Origin: an uncultured bacterium
GTDB taxonomy: Bacteria > Eisenbacteria > RBG-16-71-46 > CAIMUX01 > WJJG01
Assembly (NCBI GenBank): GCA_964585945.1
Contig: CAZPGB010000019.1
Location: 29,159 to 93,158 of the forward strand
Length of the DNA: 64,000 nt
Direction: 5' to 3'
In this document: positions 9,817 to 20,343 of the stretch, one piece after another
Numbering within the stretch: the stretch's first letter is position 1
How the letters are laid out: every line of letters starts with the position of its first letter
Made by a program: the position numbers and the translations under genes
Notes under the pieces: generated by a model
Database searches by the model: none
What the model was told of the DNA's origin: nothing
The model's input: only the letters and a program-made list of their open reading frames with translations

Positions 9817-10515
9817 ATGAAGGAACGACCGCCCCTTCGGCTCCACGAGGAGATCATGCTGCTCTCACTGAAGGACGAGAAGGGCACCATGACGAGCAGC
9901 GAGACGCTCCCCTACATTCTGGGCGCCGCCGCCCTGGCGGAGCTGCTTCTGGAGCAGCGCATCGGCATCGGGGAACCGCGCAAGAAGAAGCTGGTGGAGG
10001 TTCTGAGCGGCAAGCCCACGGGCGATCCTATCTTGGACGAAAGCCTGCAGCGTATTGCCAAGGCCAAACGACGGGCGAGTCTGAAGAATTGGGTAACGCG
10101 GATTGCGCGCTCGAAGCATCTCAAGCACCGCGTCGCCGAAGAGCTCTGCCACAAGAGGATCGTCCGCTCCGAAGAAGACACGGTGCTGCTCATCTTCAAG
10201 CGTCGCCTCTATCCGGAGATCGATTGTAAGCCCGAGCGGGCCATCATCCAGCGTCTGCGGCGGGCCATCTTCACCGACACCCGCACCCTGGACCCCCACA
10301 CGGCAGTACTGGTCGCCCTGGCCCATCAGGCCGGTCTGTTGAAGAACGCCTTCGACAAGGGGGATCTCAAGCGGCGCAAGGCGCGGCTGAAGGAAATCGC
10401 TCGCGGGGAGGTGACCGCCAAGGCGGCCAAAGAGGCAATCGACGCGATGCAGGCGGCGGTCATGGTCGCGGCGATCATGCCGGCCATCGCCGCGTCCAGC
10501 GCGGGCGGACGTTAG
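9817..10515 (+). CDS. GPP34/GOLPH3-family protein (bacterial homolog of Golgi phosphoprotein 3 / Vps74)
   Basis: LHEEIMLLSLKDEKG...AAALAELLLEQRI matches the GPP34 N-terminal signature (L.EE..LL.L.D..G). A strong AGGAGG RBS precedes it. Confidence 0.65.
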   Translation: MKERPPLRLHEEIMLLSLKDEKGTMTSSETLPYILGAAALAELLLEQRIGIGEPRKKKLVEVLSGKPTGDPILDESLQRIAKAKRRASLKNWVTRIARSKHLKHRVAEELCHKRIVRSEEDTVLLIFKRRLYPEIDCKPERAIIQRLRRAIFTDTRTLDPHTAVLVALAHQAGLLKNAFDKGDLKRRKARLKEIARGEVTAKAAKEAIDAMQAAVMVAAIMPAIAASSAGGR

Positions 10516-10570
10516 CTCGTACCGACGTCAGCGTTTCCATGAACCCTGACGCACAAGATGAAGATGAAAG

Positions 10571-10596
10571 GGGGGGGAGGCCCACCGCCTCCCCCC
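10571..10596. terminator. Bidirectional G/C hairpin terminator between convergent GPP34-like and RRM genes
   Basis: GGGGGGAGGC-ccacc-GCCTCCCCCC is a 10-bp perfect stem. It lies 55 nt after the + gene stop and 8 nt after the - gene stop. Confidence 0.5.
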
Positions 10597-10603
10597 TCTA
10601 CGA

Positions 10604-10915
10604 CTACCAGCGGTTGCGCCCGCCGCCGCCGCCGCCGCCGCGGGGACCGCCGCCGCGCGGACGGTTCTCACGAGGCTGGGCCACGTTGACCTTCAGATTG
10701 CGACCCATGAACTCCTTGCCGTCCAGGTTCTCGATCGCCTTCTGGGCCTCCTCGTCCTGGGCCATCTCGACGAAGCCGAAGCCGCGGTGGCGACCGGTCT
10801 CGCGATCGGTGATCACCTTGGCCGAGATCACTTCTCCATGCTGGGAGAAGAGCTCGTGCAGGTCGTCTTCACGCGTGTCGAAGGAGAGGTTGCCGACGTA
10901 CAGGTTCTTGGACAT
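10604..10915 (-). CDS. RRM-type RNA-binding protein with Gly-rich C-terminus
   Basis: RNP2 NLYVGNL, RNP1 RGFGFVEM, and a RGGGPRGGGGGGGRNRW tail. Confidence 0.9.
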   Translation of the reverse strand: MSKNLYVGNLSFDTREDDLHELFSQHGEVISAKVITDRETGRHRGFGFVEMAQDEEAQKAIENLDGKEFMGRNLKVNVAQPRENRPRGGGPRGGGGGGGRNRW

Positions 10916-11540
10916 CTCTGCGTACCTTTCAGTCCGTCACGCCCCGCCGCACCGGTGGCGTGCCCTTACCATTTCAGCCAACCTGAGACCGTACTTGGTG
11001 GGACCCCGGCAGGTCCGCTGGACTCTCATTCCTTCGTCAACCCAGGCATACCCACGCAAGGTGTGGTAAGGGGGAGAAAGGCGTTCGACACAGCAGGACT
11101 TCGGCCTTGCGAACCCAGAGTGCGGATTGGAGCAGGCGTCTGTTCGATCTCCTCCAGAGCCATGTCTCAGGCTTTCACAGGAAGCCCCCGGCGCGGCTGC
11201 GCCGACCGACTTGCCCACAATTCAGCCAGAGAATCGTCTTTGACGCGGGCTTTGTCCAGACTTTTTGTGCGTGTGGGTTGGGATTCGTCCGGGGTTTTGC
11301 ACCCTCCCACCGACGCGGTCCCAGGGGGGGCGAGCACCCTTCCGGGGCGGTATGCTCTTCTGGCGAAATATCTTAGGGGATGATTCCGGAAAAGAGGTGT
11401 GACCGCCCCCCTCAGGACCAGGGGCGGGTCACCGGCCGGCCGCCTTGGGGTGCGCGGCAGAGCCCTGGGGGCGCGGGGGCGAGCCCTGGGCTGGCTCCCC
11501 GCGCCCCGATGCACGCTCTGACGGTCGGCCGCGGGTGGGT

Positions 11541-14500
11541 CTAATGCAGGAGCGTCACCTGCCGCACCTGCATCACCTCCGGCGTGTCCAGGCGCAGGAA
11601 GTAGATACCGCTCGGCAGTCCGCGGCCGGTGGCGTCGAGTCCGTCGAAGCTCACCGGATGGACTCCGGCCTCCTGCTCCTCCCGGACCAGCGTGCGCACC
11701 CGGCGGCCGTTCAGATCGTAGAGCGCCAGATCCACCGCGGTCCGGCTCCCCAGCCGGTAGACGATCCTGGCCTGCGAGGCGATCGGATTGGGACCGTAGG
11801 ACAGAATCGCCGTCGCCAGCCCTCGTGGGACCTCCTGGGACCCGCTGGCCGGTGCTCGCACCACCGTCAGGCTGAAGTCGTCGACGGCCGCCTCCACCAG
11901 GGAGCCGGGCGATTCATCGGCCGCGATGAAGCGAAGCTGCACGCGATCCGAGAAAGCGATGTGCTGCAGCAGATCGAATTCATGGTAGGTCCAGGAATTG
12001 TCGCTCTCCTGCGTGTACTCCAGGTGCTCCCAGTTCTCCCCGTCGCTCGTGACATCCACGGTCCACCAGTCCTGACCCGGGTTGTTGCCCAGGTCGTTGG
12101 TGTACCAGCGCCAGTAGGAAACGGAGGCCTCGGACGCGCTGCTGAGATCGAAGGCCGGCGTCAACAGCGTGGTCCGCCCGTTGTCCACGTCCGCCTCACC
12201 CACCGATCCGCCCTGGCTGCCGTTGGCGGTCACGAAGCAGATCTCGGCCGGGTCGGGGGTGTGATCTAGGTCGGGCTGCACGGGCTGGCCGCCCTCCCAG
12301 GTGCCCAGCGGCTCGGCCCGGGTCCAGTGGCCGGTCGTGGCGTCGTCGCCCAGCGCGCCCAACGTCCAGCCGCGGTCGGTCTCCACATCGTCGAACCAGG
12401 CCCCGACATCGACCGCAAAGGTGAGCTCCGCCGTGAAACCGGCCGCGCCGCTGAGAGAGAGGGTGAAGTCGATCACCGCGGGGTCGGGACAGCTTGGGAG
12501 CAGCTCGACCGCGAAGGAACCGACCAATCCGGGCTGCCCCACGTCGGCCGACACGCACGTGCCCTCGCCGTCGATGATCACCACATCCGGGTGAGCGCAG
12601 GCGATCTCGGCGGTGAGGTCGCGCGCATCGGCGTGCCCGGTGTTCTCGAGCCACACCTGCAGGTAGACCGTCTCGCCCGGGTCGGCGCCCCCGTCACCGT
12701 TGCCGTGCGGAGGGAGGTCGTTCACCAGGAGACCCGTGGGGGCCAGCACCGGCGCCTGGGCGATCAGGTTGAAATGGCTCTCCCAACTGCCCTGCGTGGC
12801 CGCAGCGAGCAGATCGAAGCGCACCACCTGCTGATCGGGGATGTTTCCGGCCACCGCGAGCACATACGGCACGAGGCAGCACTCGATGCCTCCCGCCGGA
12901 ATGTCGAGGAAGATGCGATTCGACTCGTGCACCGTCACGTAAGGATCTTCGGTCGACAAGAGCGCGCTCACGTTGGTCGCATCCTCGACGCCCACGTTCT
13001 CCAGCATGATCGACACGCCCACATCCTCGGCCCAGTCGAGGTGGCCGTCCTGATCGCCGCCTTCGTCGTGAACCTCGGAGTCGTGGTACACCAGGTAGGC
13101 CCCGGCGGGCGGGATGATGGGCGTCTCGGCCTGGAAGACCAGATGGTCGTGGGCAACCACGCGGATCTGCAGCGTCCCCGGCGCCTGGGCGTTGGGGTGA
13201 AGCTGGGCGTGGCCCGTCGCGTCGGTCACGGCGACATCGTAGACCGCGTAGTCGTCGGTGAAGATGACCACCCGCGCGCCCTCCACCGGACCGCCGCCCT
13301 GGGTGAACACGTCCACGTCCATGTCGGGCGCGCCCAGGAAGACCACGTCGGGGTACTCGACCGTGAGCTGGGCGGGCTCGGCGGTCCAGAGCTCCATCGC
13401 CGGGTCGCCGAAGGCGTTGAGCTGGTAGTAGCACCAACGGTTGGCCCCGTAGGTGATGGCCCAGATGTTGTCCATCTTCGAGTCGTCGTTCACGTCGGCC
13501 AGCGCGTAGATCCCCTCGCCGAAAACCGCGTCGAAGAACTGCCGGTCGAAGTACTGCGACGACCCGTTGGTGCTCTGGTGCATGCCCCAGCCATAGCGCG
13601 AGTTCATCACCAGGGCGGCTGCGCCGTGGTCGTCGCTCTGGAACTCTTCGGCAAAGCAGTCGTCGGTGTAGGAGCCGTAGTCGTTGCGGTTGTCCATCGA
13701 GCCGCAGTAGCAGCCCTGGCTGTAGACGATGTTGTACGTGTGGTTGAGACCATCGTTGGTGAAGCTGCCGATGTCCGGATTGTCCATCTTCATGGCGTAG
13801 GTCACGTTGCAGTGGCCCAGATGGTTGACGATGTGCAAGCCGCCGTTCATCAGATCGATGAGCTGATACTTGCTCCAGGTGGCGGTGCGGTCGTAAAGCG
13901 TGTCGACGTTGAAATGGGGTGGGAATCCGACGGTCGTGTAGCCGTGGGCCGAGGAGCCGTCCTTGATCTCATCCTTGTAGTCGCCGCCCCAGGTGGGATC
14001 GCTCCACAGCAGCTCGCCCACCATGAGGGCCTCATCGCACTCCGCCACCACGGGCGCGTCCTGGTAGCGCATGACCTTGGTGATGAAGTGGGTCAATTCC
14101 TCCTCGCTGTCGATGCAGGCCCGGGCGACGCCGACCTCGTGATAGAGATCATCCTCACCCGGCTCACCCCAGCGACTGTCGCCGTCGTCGTTCCAGGTGC
14201 CGTCCAGACAGCCGTAGTACATGTCGGCGGGGATGTCGCTGTCGGTGCTGCCGTAGGGGGTCGTGGAGTAGAGACCGCGGTGGGGTATGCCGTTGTCGTC
14301 GCGAGCGTCGCCGACCAGCAGCACGTAGTCGACATCCCATGTCTGATAGGCATCGATGATGAAGTTGCGGATGTCCTCTTGATCGTCCACGCCGCCGGTG
14401 TAGTTGGACAGGATCCAGGAGCGCGTGAAGAGGCCGGCCTTGTGCCCGCGCTGGGTCTCGAAATCGACCAGCGCGGCCGCCCCGTCGGCCCAGGGATCGC

Positions 14501-15242
14501 CGGCGATGATCAGGTAGCGGTACGCGTCCTCGGGATTGAGATCGCGGCCGCCGCGCACCGCCCGTTCGATCGTTGCGTACGCGGAAACGGCCTCGGGGTT
14601 GTCGACGATCCGCGCCAGACGCGCGCACGTCGCCTCGTCGTGACGGATCATCCGCGCCGTGCGCTGCGCGATCGCATCATCGGACCGTGTGTGCAGGACG
14701 ACCTCGAACGAGACGAAGTAGCTCAACCGGCCTTCAGACGGCAGATAGCGCACCGGGTGCAGGGCCAGGCTGCCGATCGCGTAGCCGCGGAACATCCCCG
14801 TCTGCGAGTCTCCGTGCAGGCGCGGTGGATAGGCCGTGGCGCTGCCGTAGACCGCCGCGTCGGGCTCGCACGGCGCCTGCGGTCCGGTCTCGCTCAATGG
14901 GACCTGCGGCTGCCCGCACGCCACGCGGTAGACGCCCGGAAGAACCACCTCCTCGCCGGGAATCACCTCCACGTGCGAGATCACCTCCCCCGGCGGCAGG
15001 AGCGCTTGCACGCCGGCGCGCGGCAACGCTGGGGCGCCGGGCGCGCCGTAGGTGAGCGCCCCTTCGAGGGTCACGACGTGCCGGCCGCCGTCTTGGGCGA
15101 CGGTGGGGGCATCGTAGACGTAGTGTAGGTGGACCTCCCCGGCCGAGACGGTCGGTGACGTGATCAGACCGGCGATGAGGCCGGCCAGGGTCATCAAAGA
15201 CGCGACGAGGCCTGGCCTCGCCCGGCGGCGGGTAGCGCGCAT
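11541..15242 (-). CDS. Peptidase C25 (gingipain/PorU-like) family secreted protein with MAM-like domain and C-terminal T9SS sorting domain
   Basis: Start at MRATRRRARPGLVASLMTLAGLIAGL with an AGGAGG RBS. C25-like core: YLIIAGD...DYVLLVGDARDDNGIPHRG...YYGCLDG. CTD: VYRLGSRTAVDLALYDLNGRRVRTL...GIYFLRLDTPEVMQVRQVTLLH. It could be a cargo protease or a PorU-like signal peptidase; no porV is adjacent. Confidence 0.65.
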   Translation of the reverse strand: MRATRRRARPGLVASLMTLAGLIAGLITSPTVSAGEVHLHYVYDAPTVAQDGGRHVVTLEGALTYGAPGAPALPRAGVQALLPPGEVISHVEVIPGEEVVLPGVYRVACGQPQVPLSETGPQAPCEPDAAVYGSATAYPPRLHGDSQTGMFRGYAIGSLALHPVRYLPSEGRLSYFVSFEVVLHTRSDDAIAQRTARMIRHDEATCARLARIVDNPEAVSAYATIERAVRGGRDLNPEDAYRYLIIAGDPWADGAAALVDFETQRGHKAGLFTRSWILSNYTGGVDDQEDIRNFIIDAYQTWDVDYVLLVGDARDDNGIPHRGLYSTTPYGSTDSDIPADMYYGCLDGTWNDDGDSRWGEPGEDDLYHEVGVARACIDSEEELTHFITKVMRYQDAPVVAECDEALMVGELLWSDPTWGGDYKDEIKDGSSAHGYTTVGFPPHFNVDTLYDRTATWSKYQLIDLMNGGLHIVNHLGHCNVTYAMKMDNPDIGSFTNDGLNHTYNIVYSQGCYCGSMDNRNDYGSYTDDCFAEEFQSDDHGAAALVMNSRYGWGMHQSTNGSSQYFDRQFFDAVFGEGIYALADVNDDSKMDNIWAITYGANRWCYYQLNAFGDPAMELWTAEPAQLTVEYPDVVFLGAPDMDVDVFTQGGGPVEGARVVIFTDDYAVYDVAVTDATGHAQLHPNAQAPGTLQIRVVAHDHLVFQAETPIIPPAGAYLVYHDSEVHDEGGDQDGHLDWAEDVGVSIMLENVGVEDATNVSALLSTEDPYVTVHESNRIFLDIPAGGIECCLVPYVLAVAGNIPDQQVVRFDLLAAATQGSWESHFNLIAQAPVLAPTGLLVNDLPPHGNGDGGADPGETVYLQVWLENTGHADARDLTAEIACAHPDVVIIDGEGTCVSADVGQPGLVGSFAVELLPSCPDPAVIDFTLSLSGAAGFTAELTFAVDVGAWFDDVETDRGWTLGALGDDATTGHWTRAEPLGTWEGGQPVQPDLDHTPDPAEICFVTANGSQGGSVGEADVDNGRTTLLTPAFDLSSASEASVSYWRWYTNDLGNNPGQDWWTVDVTSDGENWEHLEYTQESDNSWTYHEFDLLQHIAFSDRVQLRFIAADESPGSLVEAAVDDFSLTVVRAPASGSQEVPRGLATAILSYGPNPIASQARIVYRLGSRTAVDLALYDLNGRRVRTLVREEQEAGVHPVSFDGLDATGRGLPSGIYFLRLDTPEVMQVRQVTLLH

Positions 15243-15626
15243 GATGTTCTTCCTCCTTGCGTGGCGATGGGCCGTAGGGTATCGAATGTCCATATTGTAG
15301 CATCTGGCTGCCCAGCCGAGAACGTAGTTTACGCAGGTCCTAATGCCTTCCGTGACAATTCGTTGGGCGCGGATATCCGCTAGCGGCGGGCGCTGAGACG
15401 ACCCGAAACGGCCGGCGGGACCATCTCCCGTCCCCCCGCCGGCTCGACCGCCATCCACGGAAAGGGAAAGGAAATCAGCCCGGCGTGCCGATATCAGCCA
15501 CTGGAAGGACGACCCAGGGAAGGGCCGCCCCGGCAGGACGCCGTCCCGCTTGCCTGCGACACCGCATCATGTGCCCGGACGGGGCCCGCCGAGTCCGCAA
15601 ACCCGGCACACGATGAGGACCCGCAG

Positions 15627-18600
15627 ATGTCTTGCAGAGCTCTTCTTCTCGGCATGTTGACCCTGGCCGCGCTCGCGACGATCGTCACGAGCTGCGACGA
15701 CGACGACCAGGCCTCCCCGGCCCCCTCCTGCGACGTGACGCTCGAGGTGCCCAACGTCGGCGGTACCTGGAAGGTCGGCGAGACCTACCTGATCCGCTGG
15801 TCGAGCAGCGGGCCGTGCGGGTCGATCGTCAGCCTCGAGCTGCTGCGCGAGGGCGAGGTGTGCCTGGTGCTCGCCGACTCGACCGCCGACGACGGCGGGC
15901 TCTTCTGGGAGTGCACCGCCTGCGCCGATGACACGAGCGGGTACCGGGTGCGCGTCACCGACATCGTGACCGGGCGCGCGGATCACAGCGACATGCCCTT
16001 CACGCTGTCGCCCCATCAGGGCCTGTTGATCCACTGGACCGACGAGTCGGCCCCTGGCCCCATGGTGGCCGGCTCTACGACCGACCTGCACTGGGACAAC
16101 ACCGGTCTGGCGGGCGATTCGGTCATGATCGAGCTCCTGTGCGACGGCAGTGTCTGCGACACCCTGGCAGCCGCCGAGCCCAACGATGGGAGCTTCACGT
16201 GGGAGGTGGCAGCCGGCCCCTCGCCGGAAACCGATCTTTCGTTTCGGGTCACGGACCTGATGACCGGCGCCTCGGACGTCACCGACTGGACCTTCCGCGT
16301 CGTGACCGGCGAGGCCTTCGCCGTGACGCAGCCCAACGGCGGTGAGACGTGGCTCACGGGCCAAACGCACGAGATCACCTGGGAGCCGGCCGGCGGCGCG
16401 CAGGATTCGGTGGCCATCGAACTGCTCCACGACGGTGTGGCGTGTCACACGATCAGCTCGGGCGCCCCGGGCGGGGGCACCTTCTTGTGGACCGTGACCG
16501 GCTGCTGGGGCGACTCGTGCGCCTACGCCGTGAGGGTCACCTCCCTCGCCACCGGTCTGGCCGACGCCAGCGACGAGGACTTCTGCATTCTCAGCGCCGA
16601 GCTGGACCTGTCGGCGCCCAACGGCGGCGAGACCTGGTACGAAGGCGAGACCCGCACCATTACCTGGGACGCATCCGGCGCGGTGGGCGACACTCTGCAG
16701 GTCTTCTTGGCCCGGCAGGAGGCGATCTGCGACACGATCACGCTCGAAGCCGCCACGGCCGCCGGCGGCCTCGATTGGACCGTCGCGAGCTGCGCATGCG
16801 GATCGGCGCCCTGCGACTCGTGCGCCTACACGGTGCGGCTCGTCAACCCCTCCACGGGGATCACCGACGAAAGCGCGGCGACCTTCTGCATCCTTCCGCC
16901 GGCGCTGACCGTCACCGCCCCGAACGGCGGGGAGGTGTGGAACGAGGGCGAGCCGCAGACGATCACGTGGGAGCCATCGGGCGCCGCCGGCGATGCGGTG
17001 CGCATCGAGCTGCTGCTGGAGGGCGTCGTGTGCGCCACCCTCGCCGACAGCACCGACAACACGGGCGCCTTCGCCTGGACGGCCGCGCCGTGCGGCGCCG
17101 ACACCAGCGGCTACACGATCCGCGTGACCGATCTGGAGACCGGCGCGCAGGACCAGAGTGACGATGCGTTCCGTATCGCACCCCCGACGCTCACCATCAC
17201 CTCCCCCAACGGGGGTGAGGACTGGATCGAGGGCGGCAACTACGTCATCACCTGGGGCCGGTCGGGCCTGGCGGGCGACAGCGTCACGATCGAGCTGCTC
17301 CACGAGGGCGCCGTCTGCGCGACGATCGCTGCCGAAGCGCCCAACAACCGTAGCTACACCTGGACCGCCGCGCCCTGCGCCGGCGACTCCTGCGCCTACC
17401 GCGTGCGGATCACCGACCCGACCACCGGGGTGGCCGACACGAGCGACGCGGTCTTCTGCGTCCGCTCCTACGTGTTCGCCGTGCTCTCCCCGGCCGACGG
17501 CGATCGCTGGTTCGAGGGCGCCGAGCAGGAGATCTCCTGGACGCGGGCCGGCACGTCGGGCGAGTTCGTGAAGATCGAGCTGCTGCACGAGGGCGCCGTC
17601 TGCGCGACGATCGCCGAGAGCGCCCCCAATACGCGCACCTTCCTCTGGAGCACCGCCCCCTGCGAAGATGACACGTGCGGGTTCCAGATCCGCGTCACCG
17701 ACACGACCACGCAGTCGACCGACGACAGCGAGGGCGCCTTCTGCGTGCCGCCTTCCACGCTGACCGTCACCGCGCCGGTGGGCGGCGATGCGTGGACCGA
17801 AGGCACGATGCAGCAGATCACCTGGACCCAGGAGGGCCTCGCGGGCGAATCGGTCCTGATCGAGCTGCTGCACGAGGGCGCGCCGTGCGACACGATCGCG
17901 ACCGAGGCCCCCAACATCGGCGGCTACGCCTGGACGGTCGCCGCCTGTGAAGCGGACACCTGCGGGTACCAGATCCGCGTGACCGATGCGGCCGCCGGAA
18001 CCAGCGGTCAGAGCGCGGGCGAGCTCTGCATCACCCGTCCCCAGCTCTTCCTCACCATGCCCAACGGCGGGGAAGCCTGGGAGGAGGGCACCGCGTACAC
18101 CATCCTGTGGCAGGTGGTCGGCACGGCCGGTGATGCGGTGGTCATCGAGCTGCTGCACGACGGTGCGGTCTGCGACACGATCGCGGCCGACGCCCCCAAC
18201 ATCGGCGCCTACGCCTGGGTCGCGCGCGGTTGCCAGGCGGAGGCCGACGGCTACCAGGTGCGCATCACCGACCCGGCCACGGGGACGAGCGACACCAGCG
18301 CGGCCACTTTCAGCATCGCTCCCACGCTGCTGATCACCGCACCCAACGGAGGCCAGCAGTGGCGGGAGGGATCGACGCAGACGATCATCTGGGACCATTC
18401 CCACACCTATGGCGACTCGGTGCAGATCCTGCTGCTGCACGATGGGGCGGTCTGCGACACCATCACGGCGGCCACCGCCAACGACGGCGACTTCGATTGG
18501 GCCGTCGCGGGCTGCGGATCCGATAGCTGCGACTACCGCGTGCGGGTGATCGATCCGACGACCGGCGCGCAGGACGAGAGCGACGCCGGCTTCTGCATCC

Positions 18601-20312
18601 TGCCGCCCACCGTCACGGTGCTCGATCCCGACGGCGGCGAGCAGTGGCTGGAGGGCACCGCCTACACCATCACCTGGTCGAGCGAGGGAACCGCCGGCGA
18701 CTCGGTGCGGATCGAGCTGCTGCACGAGGGAACCGCGGTGGACACACTCATCGATGCGACCGTCAACGACGGCAGCTTCGGCTGGACGCCGGCGGAGCAC
18801 GAGGGCAACACCTGCTGCTACCAGGTGCGCATCACCGACCTGACGACCGGCGCCCACGATGACAGCGACAGCTCCTTCAGCATCCTGCGCGACTTCCGCC
18901 TCACCGCGCCCAACGGTGGTGAGAGCTGGTACCGCAACGGCAGCTATGCGATCACGTGGGTCAAGACCGCGTCGGCGGGCGACTCGGCCCTCATCGAGCT
19001 GCTCTGCGATGGGACCATCTGCGACACGATCGCCTCCGCCGTCGCCAATGACGGCAGCCACGACTGGACGGTCAGCGTGCCGGAGGTCGATTCATGCGGC
19101 TTCAAGGTGCAGATCACCGACCTGACGACCGGCGATCAAGATGCTAGCAACGGCTCCTTCTGCGTGGAGACGCCCGTGCTCACGCTGGTCTCCCCCAACG
19201 GCGGCGAGGTCTGGGACGTGGGCAGCGAGGTGGACATCACCTGGTCGACGTCGGCCGGCATCAGCGACTCGGTGATGATCGAGCTACTCGCCGACGGTGC
19301 GGCGTGCGACACGATCGCCGCAGCCGCCCCCAACGACACCAGCTACCCGTGGACGGTCTCAGCCTGCGCGGGCGTCGATAGCTGTGGCTACAGCATCCGC
19401 ATCCGCGACCTGTCGATCGGCGTGGTCGACACCAGCGATGCGCGCTTCTGCATCCTGCCCGGTTCGGTCGCCCTCACCAGCCCGGCGGGCGGCGAGGAGT
19501 GGGTCGCGGGGGCGACCTACACGATCGGGTGGACCCACACCGAGACCGCGGGCGCCAACGTGCGGCTGCTCTTGCTCCGCGACAGCGCGGTGCGCGACAC
19601 GATCGCGGCCAGCACGGCCAACGACGACAGCCTCCGCTGGACCGCCGAGCGGTTCGGCGGCGTGTCGATCGGCTACTGGATCTCGATCACCGACCTGACG
19701 ACCGGCGACGTCGACAGCACCGACGGCGCGATCTGGATCGGCCCGGGTCCCGAGCTCACTTCTCCCAACGGCGGTGAAGCATGGGTCGCGGGCGACGAGC
19801 GCGACGTGACCTGGACCGATCCCGCTCCGGCCGAGCACTCGATCCGGCTGGAGCTACTGCAAGACGGCGTTCTGTGCGACACCCTCACCAACGGCACCGA
19901 CAACGACGGCGCGTTCACCTGGACGGTAACCCGCTGCGGCACCGACACATCTGGGTACGCGATCCGCCTGACCAATACCAACACCGGGGCGGTCGATACC
20001 TGTGACGCCCGCTTCAGCATCTACACCGACCCCACCGTCACCTACCCCAACGGCGGCGAGACCCTCACGGCCGGCTCGGCCTACGACATCACCTGGCTGG
20101 CCGCTACGGGGGCCGGCGGCGAGAACGTACGGATCGAGCTGATGCGCGCCGGCGCCACCTGCGACGTGGTGATCGCCTCGACCGCCAACGACGGGGAGTA
20201 CAACTGGACCTTCGCCCAGTGCGGCGGCGAGAGCAGCAACTACAAGATCTTGATCACCAACCTGACCAGCACGGACGCCGACTCGAGCGACGCGGCGTTC
20301 ACCATCGAGTAG
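15627..20312 (+). CDS. Giant cell-surface lipoprotein of ~16 tandem ~96-aa Cys-containing beta-sandwich repeats (Kre9/KNH1-like, PF10342-like)
   Basis: Lipoprotein-type signal (LTLAALATIVTSC). The repeat consensus is xTxPNGGExWxEGxxxxITW...GDSVxIELLHDGAVCDTIAxxAPNDGSFxWTVxxCxxDxCxYxVRITDxxTGxxDxSDxxFxI, repeated ~16 times. There is no T9SS CTD. Confidence 0.75.
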   Translation: MSCRALLLGMLTLAALATIVTSCDDDDQASPAPSCDVTLEVPNVGGTWKVGETYLIRWSSSGPCGSIVSLELLREGEVCLVLADSTADDGGLFWECTACADDTSGYRVRVTDIVTGRADHSDMPFTLSPHQGLLIHWTDESAPGPMVAGSTTDLHWDNTGLAGDSVMIELLCDGSVCDTLAAAEPNDGSFTWEVAAGPSPETDLSFRVTDLMTGASDVTDWTFRVVTGEAFAVTQPNGGETWLTGQTHEITWEPAGGAQDSVAIELLHDGVACHTISSGAPGGGTFLWTVTGCWGDSCAYAVRVTSLATGLADASDEDFCILSAELDLSAPNGGETWYEGETRTITWDASGAVGDTLQVFLARQEAICDTITLEAATAAGGLDWTVASCACGSAPCDSCAYTVRLVNPSTGITDESAATFCILPPALTVTAPNGGEVWNEGEPQTITWEPSGAAGDAVRIELLLEGVVCATLADSTDNTGAFAWTAAPCGADTSGYTIRVTDLETGAQDQSDDAFRIAPPTLTITSPNGGEDWIEGGNYVITWGRSGLAGDSVTIELLHEGAVCATIAAEAPNNRSYTWTAAPCAGDSCAYRVRITDPTTGVADTSDAVFCVRSYVFAVLSPADGDRWFEGAEQEISWTRAGTSGEFVKIELLHEGAVCATIAESAPNTRTFLWSTAPCEDDTCGFQIRVTDTTTQSTDDSEGAFCVPPSTLTVTAPVGGDAWTEGTMQQITWTQEGLAGESVLIELLHEGAPCDTIATEAPNIGGYAWTVAACEADTCGYQIRVTDAAAGTSGQSAGELCITRPQLFLTMPNGGEAWEEGTAYTILWQVVGTAGDAVVIELLHDGAVCDTIAADAPNIGAYAWVARGCQAEADGYQVRITDPATGTSDTSAATFSIAPTLLITAPNGGQQWREGSTQTIIWDHSHTYGDSVQILLLHDGAVCDTITAATANDGDFDWAVAGCGSDSCDYRVRVIDPTTGAQDESDAGFCILPPTVTVLDPDGGEQWLEGTAYTITWSSEGTAGDSVRIELLHEGTAVDTLIDATVNDGSFGWTPAEHEGNTCCYQVRITDLTTGAHDDSDSSFSILRDFRLTAPNGGESWYRNGSYAITWVKTASAGDSALIELLCDGTICDTIASAVANDGSHDWTVSVPEVDSCGFKVQITDLTTGDQDASNGSFCVETPVLTLVSPNGGEVWDVGSEVDITWSTSAGISDSVMIELLADGAACDTIAAAAPNDTSYPWTVSACAGVDSCGYSIRIRDLSIGVVDTSDARFCILPGSVALTSPAGGEEWVAGATYTIGWTHTETAGANVRLLLLRDSAVRDTIAASTANDDSLRWTAERFGGVSIGYWISITDLTTGDVDSTDGAIWIGPGPELTSPNGGEAWVAGDERDVTWTDPAPAEHSIRLELLQDGVLCDTLTNGTDNDGAFTWTVTRCGTDTSGYAIRLTNTNTGAVDTCDARFSIYTDPTVTYPNGGETLTAGSAYDITWLAATGAGGENVRIELMRAGATCDVVIASTANDGEYNWTFAQCGGESSNYKILITNLTSTDADSSDAAFTIE
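15738..20309 (+). repeat. Tandem coding repeat array, ~288-bp period x ~16
   Basis: Derived from the protein-level repeats. Nucleotide identity between units is partial. Confidence 0.7.
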
Positions 20313-20343
20313 GCGGAGAGGCTGCACAACGGTAGATGTACGT

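Noticed and set aside
12327-15128. 933-aa + strand ORF
   Set aside because: Antisense shadow of the C25 peptidase gene. Repetitive Val/Gly/Arg composition.
15567-19061. 1164-aa - strand ORF
   Set aside because: Antisense shadow of the 16-repeat lipoprotein. The periodic Gly/Arg/Asp composition mirrors the sense-strand repeats.
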